Positions 1 to 16,145 of a stretch of 64,000 bases of DNA are shown piece by piece (the first letter of the stretch is position 1; the number at the start of each line of letters is the position of its first letter). The notes beneath the pieces were generated by a model. It worked only from the letters and a program-made list of their open reading frames with translations. It did no database searches and was not told the DNA's origin. The DNA is from Anaeramoeba ignava BMAN (lineage: Eukaryota > Protista > Anaeramoebae): assembly GCA_028826165.1 (NCBI GenBank), contig JAPDFW010000108.1, forward strand, positions 139,777 through 203,776, written 5' to 3'. The translations under genes and the position numbers were made by a program.

Positions 1-99
1 AGAGAAAAATTAAAGAAAAATTTTTATTTAATCGGATAAAATTTTTCCCTTTAAAATTTTTATAAAAATTTTTTCAGGAATTTAAATTTTTTAATTTAT

Positions 100-600
100 T
101 AATAAAATTATATTTGATTTCAAACTTATTCCCTTTTATTTATTTATTTATTTATTTAATTATTTATTTAATTAATTCTTTATTCCACTTTTTTATATTT
201 TAATTTATTAATAAAATTATATTTAATTTCAAACTTATTCCTTTTATTTATTTATTTTATTTATTTATTTAAATTTAATTTTGATTTTTAATTTTTATAT
301 TTAATTTATTAATAAAATTATATTTAATTTCTAAACTTATTCCTTTTATTTATTTATTTAATTAAATTTAATCAATTCTTTATTCCACTTTTTTTTTCAA
401 TTTATTAATAAAATTATATTTAATTTCCAAACTTATTCCCTTTTATTTATTTATTTATTTAAATTTAATCAATTCTTTATTCCACTTTTTATATTTTTTA
501 ATTTATTAATAAAATTATATTTAATTTCTAAACTTATTCCCTTTTATTTATTTATTTAATTTTAATTTTGATTTTAATTTTATTTATTTATTTAAATTTA
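100..600. repeat. ~100-bp AT-rich tandem minisatellite (5 cores)
   Basis: Core AATTTATTAATAAAATTATATTTAATTTCCAAACTTATTCCCTTTTATTTATTT recurs near 121, 231, 331, 428, 530; same family as 6960-7780. Confidence 0.85.
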
Positions 601-633
601 ATTTTAATTTTGATTTTAATTTTAATTTTAATT

Positions 634-2420
634 TTAATTTTGATTATTAAATTTGTTAATTAATAAATCAAATAAATTTGGATTTGTTTGATTTAATTGA
701 AAATAATCAATTCCTATTTCTAATTCATTAATTATTTCTTGTGTAATTTGAATTTCATCTTTAATTTGATTTGAATAAATCCAATATTCAAATATTTGAA
801 ATGATTTATTACTTAATTCACTATAATCTGTAACTTTATTAGAAGTATCATTTGTTACAGATAAAAACATTCCTCGATATAATTCACTTCTCATTATTAA
901 TATTAATTTTAGGAAATTTATATTTCTTTTCATTTCTTTCAATTATAAAATCTTTTTCATTTTCATTTTCATTTAAATAAATTCTTTTCATTGTTTCTTC
1001 AATTTTTTCATTTAAATTTATAATTTCTTCAATTTCAGAATATAATTTTGGATTTATTATTCTGTTTGAATAAATCATTTCAAATATTTGATTTGATTCT
1101 TTAATTGATTTATTTGAAATAATTTCTTGAAGTTTTTCAATTTGATTTTCATTTTGATTTAATCTATATTTCAATATTAATTTATGAGCTTCAATTATTT
1201 CTCCATTTTTGGTTTTAAATGAAATATTACAAAATTCTTTTCTTTCAAATAATTTTATCAAATCTTCTTCAAGATTGGAAAAAGAAGGAGGAGAATAATA
1301 AATAAATGATTTATAATCTCCACAAAAAATATGATAATTGGAAATATTTTCAGTAAATGTTAATTTAGGAAGTTTGATTTGAATTGGAATTAATTGATCT
1401 TCTGTATTTCCAGTTCCTAATTGACCAGAATTATTACTTCCAAATCCTATCATCTTATTATTTGAAGTTAAAATCAAATTATGATCTCTTCCAACAGAAA
1501 AATCAAGAATATTATTATTATCATTTTCAAATAAAGATGATTTGATTTCAGTAAATTGATAAGTATTTTCTTCATTTTTGCCAAGTCCGATAAATTCATA
1601 ATCTCCAGTTGAATAAAGTTTTCTTTTTGTATTTTGGTTTTCATTTTCAATCAACATTATTGAATGAGTATTTCCACATTGAATATCAATTATTTTACCT
1701 TTTGGAATATTTTGGATTTTGGTTAATTTTTGGATTTTCCAATCTTTTCTTGATTCTCCTAATCCAAGTTGACCATATCTATTTAATCCACATCCAAATA
1801 ATTCTTGGTTTGAATTTAAAAGAAAAACATGATACGAAGAATTTCCTGAAAATATTTTAGAAACATTTTTCATCATTAAAATTGGTTTTTTTGTTTTTTT
1901 AAGTGTTTTAGAATCAAAACCAAGTTCGACCATCTTCATTTGAACCAATTCCATAAACATTTTGATTTGAAGTTAATAAGTAAATTGAAATAGCTCCAGA
2001 AACAATATCTTGAATTATTCTATCATTTGTATCTTCAATTAATGATGAAATGTTGATAAATTCTTTTGGATTTTCTGGATTAATATTTCTTCCTTTGGCA
2101 AATACATTTCCTTCTATTGTTAAAATAGCTTCATTTCGATAACCAACAGTTACTTTTTGAATATTTTCTTCAATTTGGATTTTTTGAGGTTTTGGATTTG
2201 AATTTTCTAAATAATTTTCATTTAAGTATTCTATTGCTTTTCCATTTTTAAAAAGGAAAATTATTGCAGTTTCACTTGATGAAATTTGTTTAATTTGTTT
2301 TTCATTTTCATTTTCATTTTCATTTTCAAATTGAATTGGTTTTGGTTTTGTTATTCTATATGGTTCATTTTTGAAAAGTTTTGGATAATCATTTAAACCA
2401 AAAAATAAACAATCATTCAT
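634..2420 (-). CDS. RCC1-repeat + BTB/POZ-like protein, copy A (2 frameshifts; pseudogene or sequencing error)
   Basis: ORFs 1914-2420, 884-1960 and 634-942 are collinear with intact copy C. RCC1 motifs GxNxxGQLGLG and VGRDHNLILT..GFGSNNSGQLGTG; BTB-like FCNISFKTKNGEIIEAHKLIL and YKFPKLILIMRSELYRGMF. Ends NNQN* without CaaX. Confidence 0.85.
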
Positions 2421-2555
2421 TTTTAAAAAGAAAAAAATGAAAAAATAATTTTGGAATTTTAATTTTAATTTTAATTTTAATTTTGATTTTAATTTTGATT
2501 TTGATTTTAATTGAAAATAATAAATTGCTATTTTAAATTCATCAATTATTCATTT

Positions 2556-4425
2556 TCATAAAATTAAACAATTTTCCTTTTCGTTTTCCTTTTCCTTTTC
2601 GTTTTCGTTTTCATTTTGATTTTGATTTTGATTTTGATTATTAAATTTCTTAATTAATAAATCAAATAAATTTGGATTTGTTTGATTTAATTGAAAATAA
2701 TCAATTCCAATTTTAATTTCATTAATGATTTCTTGTGTAATTTCAATTTCATCTTTAATTTGATTTGAATAAATCCAATATTCAAATATTTGGAATGATT
2801 TATTACTTAATTCACTATAATCTGTAACTTTATTTGATTTATCTTCTGTTACAGATAAAAACATTCCTCGATATAATTCACTTCTCATTATTAATATTAA
2901 TTTAGGAAATTTATATTGTTTTTCTTTTCTTTCAATTATAAAATCTTTTTCATTTTCATTTTCATTTAAATAAATTCTTTTCATTGTTTCTTCAATTTTT
3001 TCATTTGAATTTATAATTTCTTTAATTTCAGAATATAATTTTGGATTTATAATTCTGTTTGAATAAATCATTTCAAATATTTGATTTGATTCTTGAATTG
3101 ATTTTTTGAAATAATTTCTTTAAGTTTTTCAATTTCATTTTGATTTTGATTTAATCTATATTTCAATATTAATTTATGAGCTTCAATTATTTCTCCATTT
3201 TTTGTTTTAAATGAAATATTACAAAATTCTTTTCTTCTAAATAATTTTATCAAATCTTCTTCAAGATTGGAAAAAGAAGGATAAGAATAATAAAGGAATG
3301 ATTTTTGATATCCACAAGAAAGATGATAATTGGAAATATTTTCATTAAATATTAATTTAGGAAGTTCAATTTGAATTGGAATTAATTGATCTTCTGTATT
3401 TCCAGTTCCTAATTGACCATAATAATTACTTCCAAATCCAATCATTTTTGAATTAGATGTTAAAATCAAATTATGGTCATTTCCAACAGAAAAATCAAGA
3501 ATAATATCATCATCATTTTCAAATAAAGATGATTTGATTTCAGTAAATTCATAAGTATCTTGATATATTTTGCCAAGTCCATTATATTCATAATAACCAC
3601 ATGAATAAAGTTTTCTTTTTGGATTTTCATTTTCATTTTGATTTTCATTTTCAATTAACATTATTGAAAAAGAAATTCCACATTGAATATCAATTATTTT
3701 GCCTTTTGGAATATTTTGGATTTTGGTTAATTTATGGATTTTTGTTTCTTTTCTTGATTCTCCTAATCCAAGTTTGCCAAATTGATTATCACCGCATCCA
3801 AATAATTCTTGATTTGAATTTAAAAGAAAAACAGAAGATGAATTTCCTGAAAATATTTTAGAAACATTTTTCATCATTAAAATTGGTTTTTCTGTTTTTA
3901 AGTGTTTTAGAATCAAAACCAAGTTGACCATAATAATTAGAACCAATTCCATAAACATTTTGATTTGAAGTTAATAAATAAATTGAAATAGCACCAGAAA
4001 CAATATCTTGAATTATTCTATCATTTGTATCTTCAATTAATGATGAAATGTTGATAAATTCTTTTGGATTTTCTGGATTGATATTTCTTCCTTTGGCAAA
4101 TACATTTCCTTCTTTTGTTAAAATAGCTTCATCTTCAAAACCAACAGTTACTTTTTGAATATTTTTTTCAATTTGGATTTTTTGAGGATTTTGTTTTGAA
4201 TCTTTTAAATAATTTTCATTTAAATATTCTATTGCTTTTCCATTTTTAAAAAGGAAAATTATTGCAGTTTCACTTGATGAAATTTGTTTAATTTTCATTT
4301 TGATTTTCACTTTGATTTTCATTTTCATTTTCAAATTGAATTGGTTTTGGTTTTGTTATTCTATATGGTTCATTTTTGATAAGTTTTGGATATTGATTTG
4401 AACCAAAAAATAAACAATCATTCAT
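2556..4425 (-). CDS. RCC1-repeat + BTB/POZ-like protein, copy B, C-terminal CaaX (CLIL); 3 frameshifts
   Basis: ATG at 4425 (MNDCLFFGSNQYPKL) then ORFs 3858-4334, 3068-3958, 2556-3071. A ~5-nt deletion near 4290 relative to copies A and C is not a simple homopolymer slip, so this may be a pseudogene. Confidence 0.85.
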
Positions 4426-4603
4426 TTTTAAAAAGAAAAAAATGAAAAAATGAAAAAATGAAAAAATGAAAAAATAATTTTTTAAATTTTAATTTTAATT
4501 TTGATTTTGATTTTAATTTTAATTTTAATTTTAATTTTAATTTTAATTTTAATTTTGATTGAAAATAATAAATCGCTATTTTAAATTCATCAATTATTCA
4601 TTT

Positions 4604-6772
<2,169 letters not shown>

Positions 6773-6959
6773 TTTTGAAAAGAAAAAAAATGAAAAAAAA
6801 AATAAATAAAATTTTTTAATTAAACTTTTAATCCATAATTATAATCGGTTAAAATTAAATAAAAGAAAAAAAAAATTAAATTAAAATTTTTTTTTCACTC
6901 TTCTAATCAGTTGTTGATTTTTTCATAGCTAACATTACAAAGTAATGTGGGGGAATGAT

Positions 6960-7780
6960 GTTTGATTTCCAAACTTATTCCCTTTTATTTATTTATTTAT
7001 TTAAATTTAATTTTGATTTTAATTTTTATATTTAATTTATTAATAAAATTATATTTAATTTCCAAACTTATTCCCTTTTATTTATTTATTTATTTATTTA
7101 AATTTAATTAATTCTTTATTCCATTTTTTTATATTTTAATTTATTAATAAAATTATATTTAATTTCCAAACTTATTCCCTTTTATTTATTTAAATTTAAT
7201 TAATTTTTTATTCCATTTTTTTTATATTTAATTTATTAATAAAATTATGTTTGATTTCCAAACTTATTCCTTTTATTTATTTATTTATTTATTTAAATTT
7301 TTATTCCATTTTTTTATATTTTAATTTATTAATAAAATTATATTTAATTTCCAAACTTATTCCTTTTATTTATTTATTTATTTATTTTTTTTTAAATTTA
7401 ATTATTTCTTTTTATTCCACTTTTTATTTTTAATTTATTAATAAAATTATATTTAATTTTTATTTTATTTATTTATTTATTTATTTATTTTTTATTTATT
7501 TATTTATTTATTTAATTTATTTTTTAATTAATTCTTTATTCCACTTTTTTTTTATATTTATTAATAAAATATTTAATTACCAAACTTATTCCCTTTTATT
7601 TATTTATTTAAATTTAATTAATTTTTTATTCCATTTTTTTTATATTTAATTTATTAATAAAATTATATTTAATTTCCAAACTTATTCCCTTTTTTATTTA
7701 TTTAATTAATTAAATTCTTTATTCCATTTTTTTATATTTTAATTTATTAATAAAATTATATTTAATTTCCAAATTTATTT
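6960..7780. repeat. ~100-bp AT-rich tandem minisatellite (7-9 units)
   Basis: CCAAACTTATTCC(C/T)TTTT cores near 6969, 7063, 7166, 7258, 7351, 7580, 7676; same orientation as the 100-600 array. Confidence 0.85.
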
Positions 7781-7923
7781 AATTATTTATTTAAATTTAA
7801 ATTTAAATTTAATCAAATTCAAAAAATGTAAATGCCAAAATGTTTTTTTTAAAAAAATTTTCAAAAAAAAAAAACTAAAAAAAAAAAAGTGGAATCATTT
7901 TTTCCTTTTACAATTTTTCATAA

Positions 7924-8463
7924 ATGAATGAAATAGAAAATGAAAATGAAAATGAAAATGAAAATGAAATAGAAAATGAAAATGAAATAGAAAATGAAAT
8001 AGAAAATGAAAATCAAAGTGATAATTCTTCAATTGATTCAGAAAAAGAATTTCTAGAAGAAAATTTAACATTTTCCCAAAATATCAATTCTTCATTTTCC
8101 ATTTTACAAGGTTTGTAAAAAAAAAATATTATTTTTCTTGATCAAAAATTAATCAAAAAAAAAAAAAATTTTTTTTTTCTTTTTTTTCTTTTAGAATTTC
8201 AAAAAGATTCCTTTCAATTTTTCAATCAAGAATTAAAGTAAATAATATTGTTATTTTTTTTTAAATTTAAATCTTTAATTAATTTTTTTGATAATTTTAG
8301 TTCTTTTGAAAAAATAGAAAAAGAAATTAATTCCAATTTTTCCAATTACATTTCAAATCTTCAAAAAATTAATCAAAAACTTAAAAATGAAAAAAAAAGA
8401 ATAATTTCTGTTGTTAAAAATTTCTTTTCAAATTTAGAAGAAGTTGGAATAAAAGAAAAATAA
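7924..8463 (+). CDS. Small acidic/coiled-coil hypothetical protein (~130 aa, 3 exons)
   Basis: Exons 7924-8110, 8195-8237, 8301-8463 splice in frame through GT..AG introns: ...FSILQEFQKDSFQFFNQELNSFEKIEKEINSNF... Confidence 0.7.
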
Positions 8464-8557
8464 AAAAATTAAAAAGAAAAAACGTGAAAAAACGTCATTA
8501 AAAAAAATTTTAATTTTTCATTTTTTTTTAATTCATTTTTTTTTCAATTTTTGGAAA

Positions 8558-10771
8558 ATGAAAATTTTATTGATTTGCTTTTTAATATTAAATTTCTTCA
8601 TTTTCTTTGTCAAACCAGAATTCACACCAACTAAATCTTTGTATTTTCCAATTCGAATGTATTCCATTTATCTTTCACTAATTGATGACAATTCAGGATA
8701 TGTTTATTTTGTTGATTATGATAATAACGATCATTCATTCATTTTCAAATTTGATGCGATAAATTTTGGATTTGTTGATTTTCTCAAATTTGATGTGAAT
8801 TTTATAGATTCAGGAGTATATGATAAAATAAATAAAGTAGGATATTTTGCAAGTGACGAACTGTCAACCATTTTCAAGGTTGATTTAAATTCAATGCAAG
8901 TTGTTGATAACATCACTTTTGGTTCAGGAATATTTTCGTTTTATGCGGCTCAAATTGATGTTTTCAATCAAAAAGCATATTTTTTCTCAAGTAGTTCAAA
9001 TTCGACAATTTTCAAGATAGATCTCGCATCATTTTCTGTTGAATCCAATTTGTCATATGCAGAAGAATATATGAGTGCGAGTCCTTTGATTGATTTTTCG
9101 AATGGTCATCTTTATTTTTTCTCAACAACTTCTGCTTCTGATCCACAAATCCACAAAATCAAGCTATCCATTTTTAAGGAAGTTGGTTCACTTCATTTAA
9201 ATACAACTTCGTCATCATTTCTGAACACAGGATTTATTGATTTTTCAACTGAAATTCTGTATATTGCTGCGCAATCAGATGGAATGACAATTTTCCGAGT
9301 GGATTTAATCACATTCACTTTAATGGATAATCTTACTCTTAATGAATCATATGGCAATCCTATGCATTCAGCAGTCGATATTGTCACCAGAATGGGGTAT
9401 TTTTTGACTGATAAAGGATTTTTCAAAATGAGTTTGCAAAATTTTTCGATTATTCAATCATTTCTATTTGATGATTATTCCGTTTATAGTTTCTCTTTAG
9501 ATCTCGATAATCAAAATCTTCTTTTTGCAACAAGTGATTCAGAAATCATTGAAATTGGTTTGGAGTCATTCACTCCAAAAAATCAATTTTCGGCTAAAAA
9601 TATCATCCAACCAACTCTCATTCTCACCGATGAAGTGAATCAAGCTTCTTATGTTGCTTTTGATTGTGGCTATGGAATAATTGCCAAGGTTGATCTTTCT
9701 TGTTTTGAAGTTGTTGGATTTCTGAACACTAGTAATTATGATGATTATTTTTCACATGGAGAACTTGATTTAGATAATGATATTGGATATTTTTTGATGG
9801 ATTCTGGATTGACAATTCTGAAAGTGAAATTGTCTAATTTTTCTGTTATTGAAACAAAGCAAATTGATGCAAATATTTATCCAGAATTAACAGTGTTTGA
9901 TTATCAAAATCACTTTCTTTATGTTGGATGTCAAAACACAAGTGATTTTTCTTCTTCTTTTTTGAAAATAAGTGTTCCCGATTTGCAGATTGTTGGGAAT
10001 TTTGAGTTGGGTTCTAGTGATATTTATGGTTTATTCATTGATGTTCCACTTGGTTTTCTTTATTTTTTAGTAGAAAATTTTTCTGATCCTGGAACTGGAT
10101 ATTATTTAAGTCAAATTAGTCTGTCAAGTTTTAATCAAATTTCAACAGTTAATTTATCGGATTATGAAGTATCTGTGAGTTGTTTTGATCCTGTTCATCA
10201 TTCCATTTTTTTTGAATTTGTTCCTTTTAGTAATTTAAATGAATATTTAAATGAAAATGAATATGAAAATGAATATGAAAATTTAAATGAAAATCAAAAT
10301 CAAAATGAAAATCAAAATGAAAATCAAAATTTAAATGAAAATCAAAATTTAAATGAAAAACAATGGGCTCATTTTTCTAAAATTGATTTATCTCAAATGT
10401 CTATTTCTGATTCTCATATTATTCAAGGAATTGATGATGTTATCCAATGTTTTGTTGAAACAACCGGAACTTATTTATTTTTCTTGTCTGGTTTTAATCT
10501 CAATCAAAATGTTCAAATTATTCAAATTGATATTAATTCAAATCAAATAGTTTCAAATTCAACTTTTAATCGTTCTTTAGACACTTTTCTTTTCCATTTT
10601 GATTATTCATCACAATTAGGATATTTTTCTGCTTATGATAATAATCCAGTTCCTTTTATTCAAGTAGAAGTTCCACATTCAAATCCAAATCCACCTTCAT
10701 CAAGTGAAATAATTAATTTTTCAAAAATTATATTTGGATTAATAACAATAATTACAATAATTTTTTTTTAA
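8558..10771 (+). CDS. Secreted/surface beta-propeller repeat protein with C-terminal hydrophobic (GPI-signal-like) tail
   Basis: Signal peptide MKILLICFLILNFFIFFVK; ~45-aa repeats (ID..N..AYF....IFKIDL..F); P/S linker and terminal IIFGLITIITIIFF*; paralogous to 41928-44006. Confidence 0.8.
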   Translation: MKILLICFLILNFFIFFVKPEFTPTKSLYFPIRMYSIYLSLIDDNSGYVYFVDYDNNDHSFIFKFDAINFGFVDFLKFDVNFIDSGVYDKINKVGYFASDELSTIFKVDLNSMQVVDNITFGSGIFSFYAAQIDVFNQKAYFFSSSSNSTIFKIDLASFSVESNLSYAEEYMSASPLIDFSNGHLYFFSTTSASDPQIHKIKLSIFKEVGSLHLNTTSSSFLNTGFIDFSTEILYIAAQSDGMTIFRVDLITFTLMDNLTLNESYGNPMHSAVDIVTRMGYFLTDKGFFKMSLQNFSIIQSFLFDDYSVYSFSLDLDNQNLLFATSDSEIIEIGLESFTPKNQFSAKNIIQPTLILTDEVNQASYVAFDCGYGIIAKVDLSCFEVVGFLNTSNYDDYFSHGELDLDNDIGYFLMDSGLTILKVKLSNFSVIETKQIDANIYPELTVFDYQNHFLYVGCQNTSDFSSSFLKISVPDLQIVGNFELGSSDIYGLFIDVPLGFLYFLVENFSDPGTGYYLSQISLSSFNQISTVNLSDYEVSVSCFDPVHHSIFFEFVPFSNLNEYLNENEYENEYENLNENQNQNENQNENQNLNENQNLNEKQWAHFSKIDLSQMSISDSHIIQGIDDVIQCFVETTGTYLFFLSGFNLNQNVQIIQIDINSNQIVSNSTFNRSLDTFLFHFDYSSQLGYFSAYDNNPVPFIQVEVPHSNPNPPSSSEIINFSKIIFGLITIITIIFF

Positions 10772-11139
10772 ATTAAGAAATAAAACAAATTTTAATTTTA
10801 ATTTTAATTTTAATTTTTAATTTTAATTTTGATTTTAATTTTAATTTTAATTTTAATTTTTGATTTTAATTTTAATTTTAATTTAAATTTTAATTTTTAT
10901 TTTAATTTTATATTTTAATTTTAATTTTAATTTTAATTTTAATTTTAATTTTAATTTTAATTTTAATTTTAATTTTAATTTTAATTTTAATTTTAATTTT
11001 AATTTTAATTTTATTTTTTTTTAATTTTATTTTAATTTTAATTTTAATTTTAATTTTAATTTTAATTTTAATTTTGATTTTGATTTTGATTTTGATTTTA
11101 ATTTTAAATTTTAATTTTAATTTTAATTTTAATTTATTT

Positions 11140-11175
11140 TAATTTCATTTTTCATTTTTCATTTTTCATTTTTCA
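11140..11175 (+). promoter_or_regulatory. Initiator-like (TTTCATTTTT)n element upstream of the start codon (representative copy)
   Basis: The same motif lies ~10-110 nt upstream of most ATGs, on the coding strand of each gene. Confidence 0.55.
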
Positions 11176-11192
11176 AATTAGAAAAAAAATAA

Positions 11193-14100
11193 ATGAATCA
11201 AAAAACAAATTTAAAAACTACAGATTCCAAATTATCTTATCACAAAAAAATTATTGGTCAATTTCACAAAGAATGCGACAGCACAACAAATATGTTAGCA
11301 GTTTCATCAATAAATGCATTAGTTAAAGTAATAAAATATTCACAAGCAGATACAATTATGCAACTTGAACGTGAATTACGCTCAATTATTGAAGACCTTA
11401 GAAACTCTAATATTGCACTTCCTTTATCTTTCTCCACTGTCTGTGATATTTTTGTTCGTGCAATCACTAGAATTCCTTCTCAAGTATTCTTTATTTTTTC
11501 TTTTAAATTTTTTTTATTTTTTTTAATTTTTTTTTCTTTTATATTTTTTTTCTTGTTTTTTTAGGTTTCAGATAAATGGAAAAATACTTTGATTCAAAGA
11601 GCAGAAGCTTTTAAACATACTGCTCAACATTCTCGTGCAAATATTGCCTCTATTGCTTCTCGATTTTTTGAAGATAAAACTGTGAATTATTTATAAATAA
11701 TTTTATAAATAATTTAATAAATAATTTTATAAATAATTTTATAAATAATTTTATTAATAATTTTATATTTAATTTTATAAATAATTTTATAAATAATTTT
11801 ATAAATAATTTTATAATTAATTTTATAAATAATTTTATAAATAATTTTATAAATAATTTAATAAATAATTTTATAAATAATTTTATAAATAATTTTATAA
11901 ATAATTTTATAAATAATTTAATAAATAATTTTATAAATAATTTTATAAATAAATTTATAAATAATTTTATAAATAATTTTATAAATAATTTTATTAATAA
12001 TTTTATATTTAATTTTATAAATAATTTTATAAATAAATTTATAAATAATTTTATAAATAATTTTATAAATAAATTTATAAATAAATTTATAAATAATTTT
12101 ATAAATAATTTTATAAATAAATTTATAAATAATTTTATATTTAATTTTATAAATAATTTTATAAATAATTTAATAAATAATTTTATATTTAATTTTATAT
12201 ATAATTTTATATTTAATTTTATAAATAATTTTATATAATTTTATATTTAATTTTATATTTAATTTTATAATTAATTTTATAAATAATTTTATAATTAATT
12301 TAATAATTAATTTTATAAATAATTTTATATTTAATTTCATAATTAATTTTATAAATAATTTTATAAATATAATTTTATATTTAATTTTATAAATAATTTT
12401 ATATTTAATTTTATATTTAATTTTATAAATAATTTTATAAATAATTTTATAATTAATTTTATAATTAATTTTATAATTAATTTTATAAATAATTTTATAA
12501 ATAATTTTATATTTAATTTTATATTTAATTTTATAAATAATTTAATAAATAATTTTATAATTAATTTTATAAATAATTTAATAAATAATTTAATAAATAA
12601 TTTTATATTTAATTTTATATTTAATTTTATAAATAATTTTATAAATAATTTTATATTTAATTTTATAAATAATTTTATAATTAATTTTATAAATAATTTT
12701 ATTAATAATTTTATATTTAATTTTATAAATAATTTTATATATAATTTTATAAATAATTTTATAATTAATTTTATAAATAATTTTATATTTAATTTTATAA
12801 TTAATTTAATAAATAATTTTATAAATAATTTTATATTTAATTTTATAAATAATTTTATAAATAATTTTATAAATAATTTTATAATTAATTTTATAAATAA
12901 TTTTATAAATAATTTTATAAATAATTTTATAAATAATTTTATAAATAATTTTATAAATAATTTTATATTTAATTTTATAAATAATTTTATAAATAATTTT
13001 ATAAATAATGTTTTATTTAATTTTATAAATAATTTTATATTTAATTTTATATTTAATTTTATAAATAATTTTATAATTAATTTTATATTTAATTTTATAA
13101 ATAATTTTATAAATAATTTTATATTTAATTTTATAAATAATTTTATAATTAATTTTATAAATAATTTTATATTTAATTTTATAAATAATTTTATATTTAA
13201 TTTTATAAATAATTTTATAATTAATTTTATAAATAATTTTATATTTAATTTTATAAATAATTTTATATTTAATTTTATAAATAATTTTATAAATAATTTT
13301 ATAAATAATTTTATATTTAATTTTATAAATAATTTTATAAATAATTTTATAAATAATTTTATAAATAATTTTATAAATAATTTTATAAATAATTTTTATA
13401 AATAATTTTATAATTAATTTTATATTTAATTTTATAAATAATTTAATAAATAATTTTATAAATAATTTTTATAAATAATTTTATATTTAATTTTATAAAT
13501 AATTTAATAAATAATTTTATATTTAATTTTATAATTAATTTTATAAATAATTTTATAATTAATTTCATAAATAATTTTATAATTAATTTTATAAATAATT
13601 TTATATTTAATTTTATAAATAATTTTATAAATAATTTTATAAATAATTTTATAAATAATTTTATAAATAATTTTATAAATAATTTTATAAATAATTTTAT
13701 AAATAATTTTATATTTAATTTTATAAATAATTTTATAAATAATTTAATAAATAATTTTATAATTAATTTTATATTTAATTTTATAAATAATTTTATAATT
13801 AATTTTATAAATAATTTTATAAATAATTTTATAAATAATTTTATAAATAATTTTATAAATAATTTTATAATTAATTTTATATTTAATTTTATATTTAATT
13901 TTATAAATAATTTTATAAATAATTTTATATTTAATTTTATAAATAATTTTATATATAATTTTATAAATAATTTTATATATAATTTTATAAATAATTTTAT
14001 AAATAATTTTATAAATAATTTTATATTTAATTTTATAAATAATTTTATAAATAATTTAATTAATAATTTTATAAATAATTTTATATTTAATTTTATAAAT

Positions 14101-16036
14101 AATTTTATAAATAATTTAATAAATAATTTTATAAATAATTTTATATATAATTTTATAAATAATTTTATAAATAATTTTATATTTAATTTTATAAATAATT
14201 TAATAAATAATTTAATAATTAATTTTATAAATAATTTTATAAATAATTTTATAATTAATTTTATAAATAATTTTATAATTAATTTTATAATTAATTTTAT
14301 AAATAATTTTATAAATAATTTTATAAATAATTTTATAAATAATTTTATAAATAATTTTATATTTAATTTTAAAAATAATTTTATAAATAATTTTATATTT
14401 AATTTTAAAAATAATTTTATAAATAATTTTATATTTAATTTTATAAATAATTTTATAAATAATTTTATATATAATTTTATATTTAATTTTATATTTAATT
14501 TTATATTTAATTTTATATTTAATTTTATATTTAATTTTATAAATAATTTTATAATTAATTTTATATATAATTTTATATTTAATTTTATAAATAATTTTAT
14601 AAATAATTTAATAAATAATTTTATAAATAATTTAATAAATAATTTTATATTTAATTTAATATTTAATTTTATAAATAATTTTATAAATAATTTTATATTT
14701 AATTTTATATTTAATTTTATATTTAATTTTATATTTAATTTTATAAATAATTTTATATTTAATTTTATATTTAATTTTATAAATAATTTTATAAATAATT
14801 TTATAAATAATTTTATAAATAATTTTATAAATAATTTTATAAATAATTTTATAAATAATTTTATAAATAATTTTATAAATAATTTTATAAATAATTTTAT
14901 AAATAATTATATAAATAATTTTATAAATAATTTTATAAATAATTTTATAAATAATTTTATATATAATTTTATAAATAATTTTATAAATAATTTTATAAAT
15001 AATTTTATAAATAATTTTATAAATAATTTTATATTTAATTTTATAAATAATTTAATAAATAAATTTATATATAATTTTAAAAATAATGTTTTATTGAAAT
15101 AATTTTTTGTATCAAAAAAAAAGATTGTTCTTGTTCATGGATTTTCAAAAGTAGTTGAATTTGTTCTTAGAAAAGTATTACAAAAACAAATAAATTTTTC
15201 AGTATTTGCAACAGAATCTAAACCTGGAAAACAAGGAGAAAGATTTGCAAAAAGACTCAAAAAATATTCAATTCCAGTAACATTAATATCGGATACATTT
15301 ATAGCGCACATTATGGATAAAATTGATTTTGTTTTAGTTGGAGCTGAATCAGTTGTAGAAAATGGAGGAATTATAAACAAAATTGGAACATATCAAATTG
15401 CAATTGTTGCAAAACATTTTAATAAGAATTTTTATGTTGCAACTGAAAGTTTTAAATTTATGAGATTTTATCCTTTATCTCAAGAAGATATTATTGAATT
15501 GGAAACCAAACATTTTCATAATATTCCCACAAATGAAATTGGTATTTATGGAAAAAGATGGGATTTTAAACATGAAAATTCTGAACAACTTTTGGATGAT
15601 TCACTTTATTTAGAAAGTATTGAAGAACCTGAAATTAATCAAAATGAAAATCAAAATGAAAATCAAAATGAAAATGGAAATCAAAATCAAAATCAAATTG
15701 AAAATGAAAATCAAAATCAAAATCAAAATCAAAATCAAAATCAAAATCAAAATGAAAATGAAAATCAAAATCAAAATCAAAATCAAAATCGAAAATCAAA
15801 ATCAAAATGAAAATGAAAATCAAAATCAAAATTTAAATCAAATTGAAAATGAAAATGAAAATCAAAATTTAAATCAAAATCAAAATCAAATTGAAAATGA
15901 TTCTGATTTTTCTAAAATGATCTATTCTCGTCGTTTTGATTATACTCCTCCAGAATATATCACTCTCTTATTTACAGATCTTGGTGCTTTATCACCTTCA
16001 GCAGTTTCAGATGAACTTATTAAACTTTATATGTGA
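11193..16036 (+). CDS. EIF2B1: Translation initiation factor eIF2B subunit alpha
   Basis: Exons 11193-11483, 11565-11681, 15124-16036 (frameshift in the NQ tract near 15790). Motifs [62 protein letters not shown]. Confidence 0.95.
11690..15080. repeat. 12-bp A/T satellite (AAATAATTTTAT)n filling eIF2B-alpha intron 2 (11682-15123)
   Basis: Roughly 280 tandem units with variants ATTTAATTTTAT and AATTAATTTTAT; almost no G or C. Confidence 0.95.
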
Positions 16037-16145
16037 TAGAAAATGATACAAATTAAAATTCAAATAAAAATTAAAACTTTTTTTTTAAATAAAAATAATA
16101 AAATTTTAAAATTTTTAAATTCATTTTTCATTTTTAAAATTTTAA

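Noticed and set aside
6960-7780. Conserved core with variable intervening sequence resembling a CRISPR array
   Set aside because: The spacers are degenerate copies of each other and low-complexity; eukaryotic context; no cas genes
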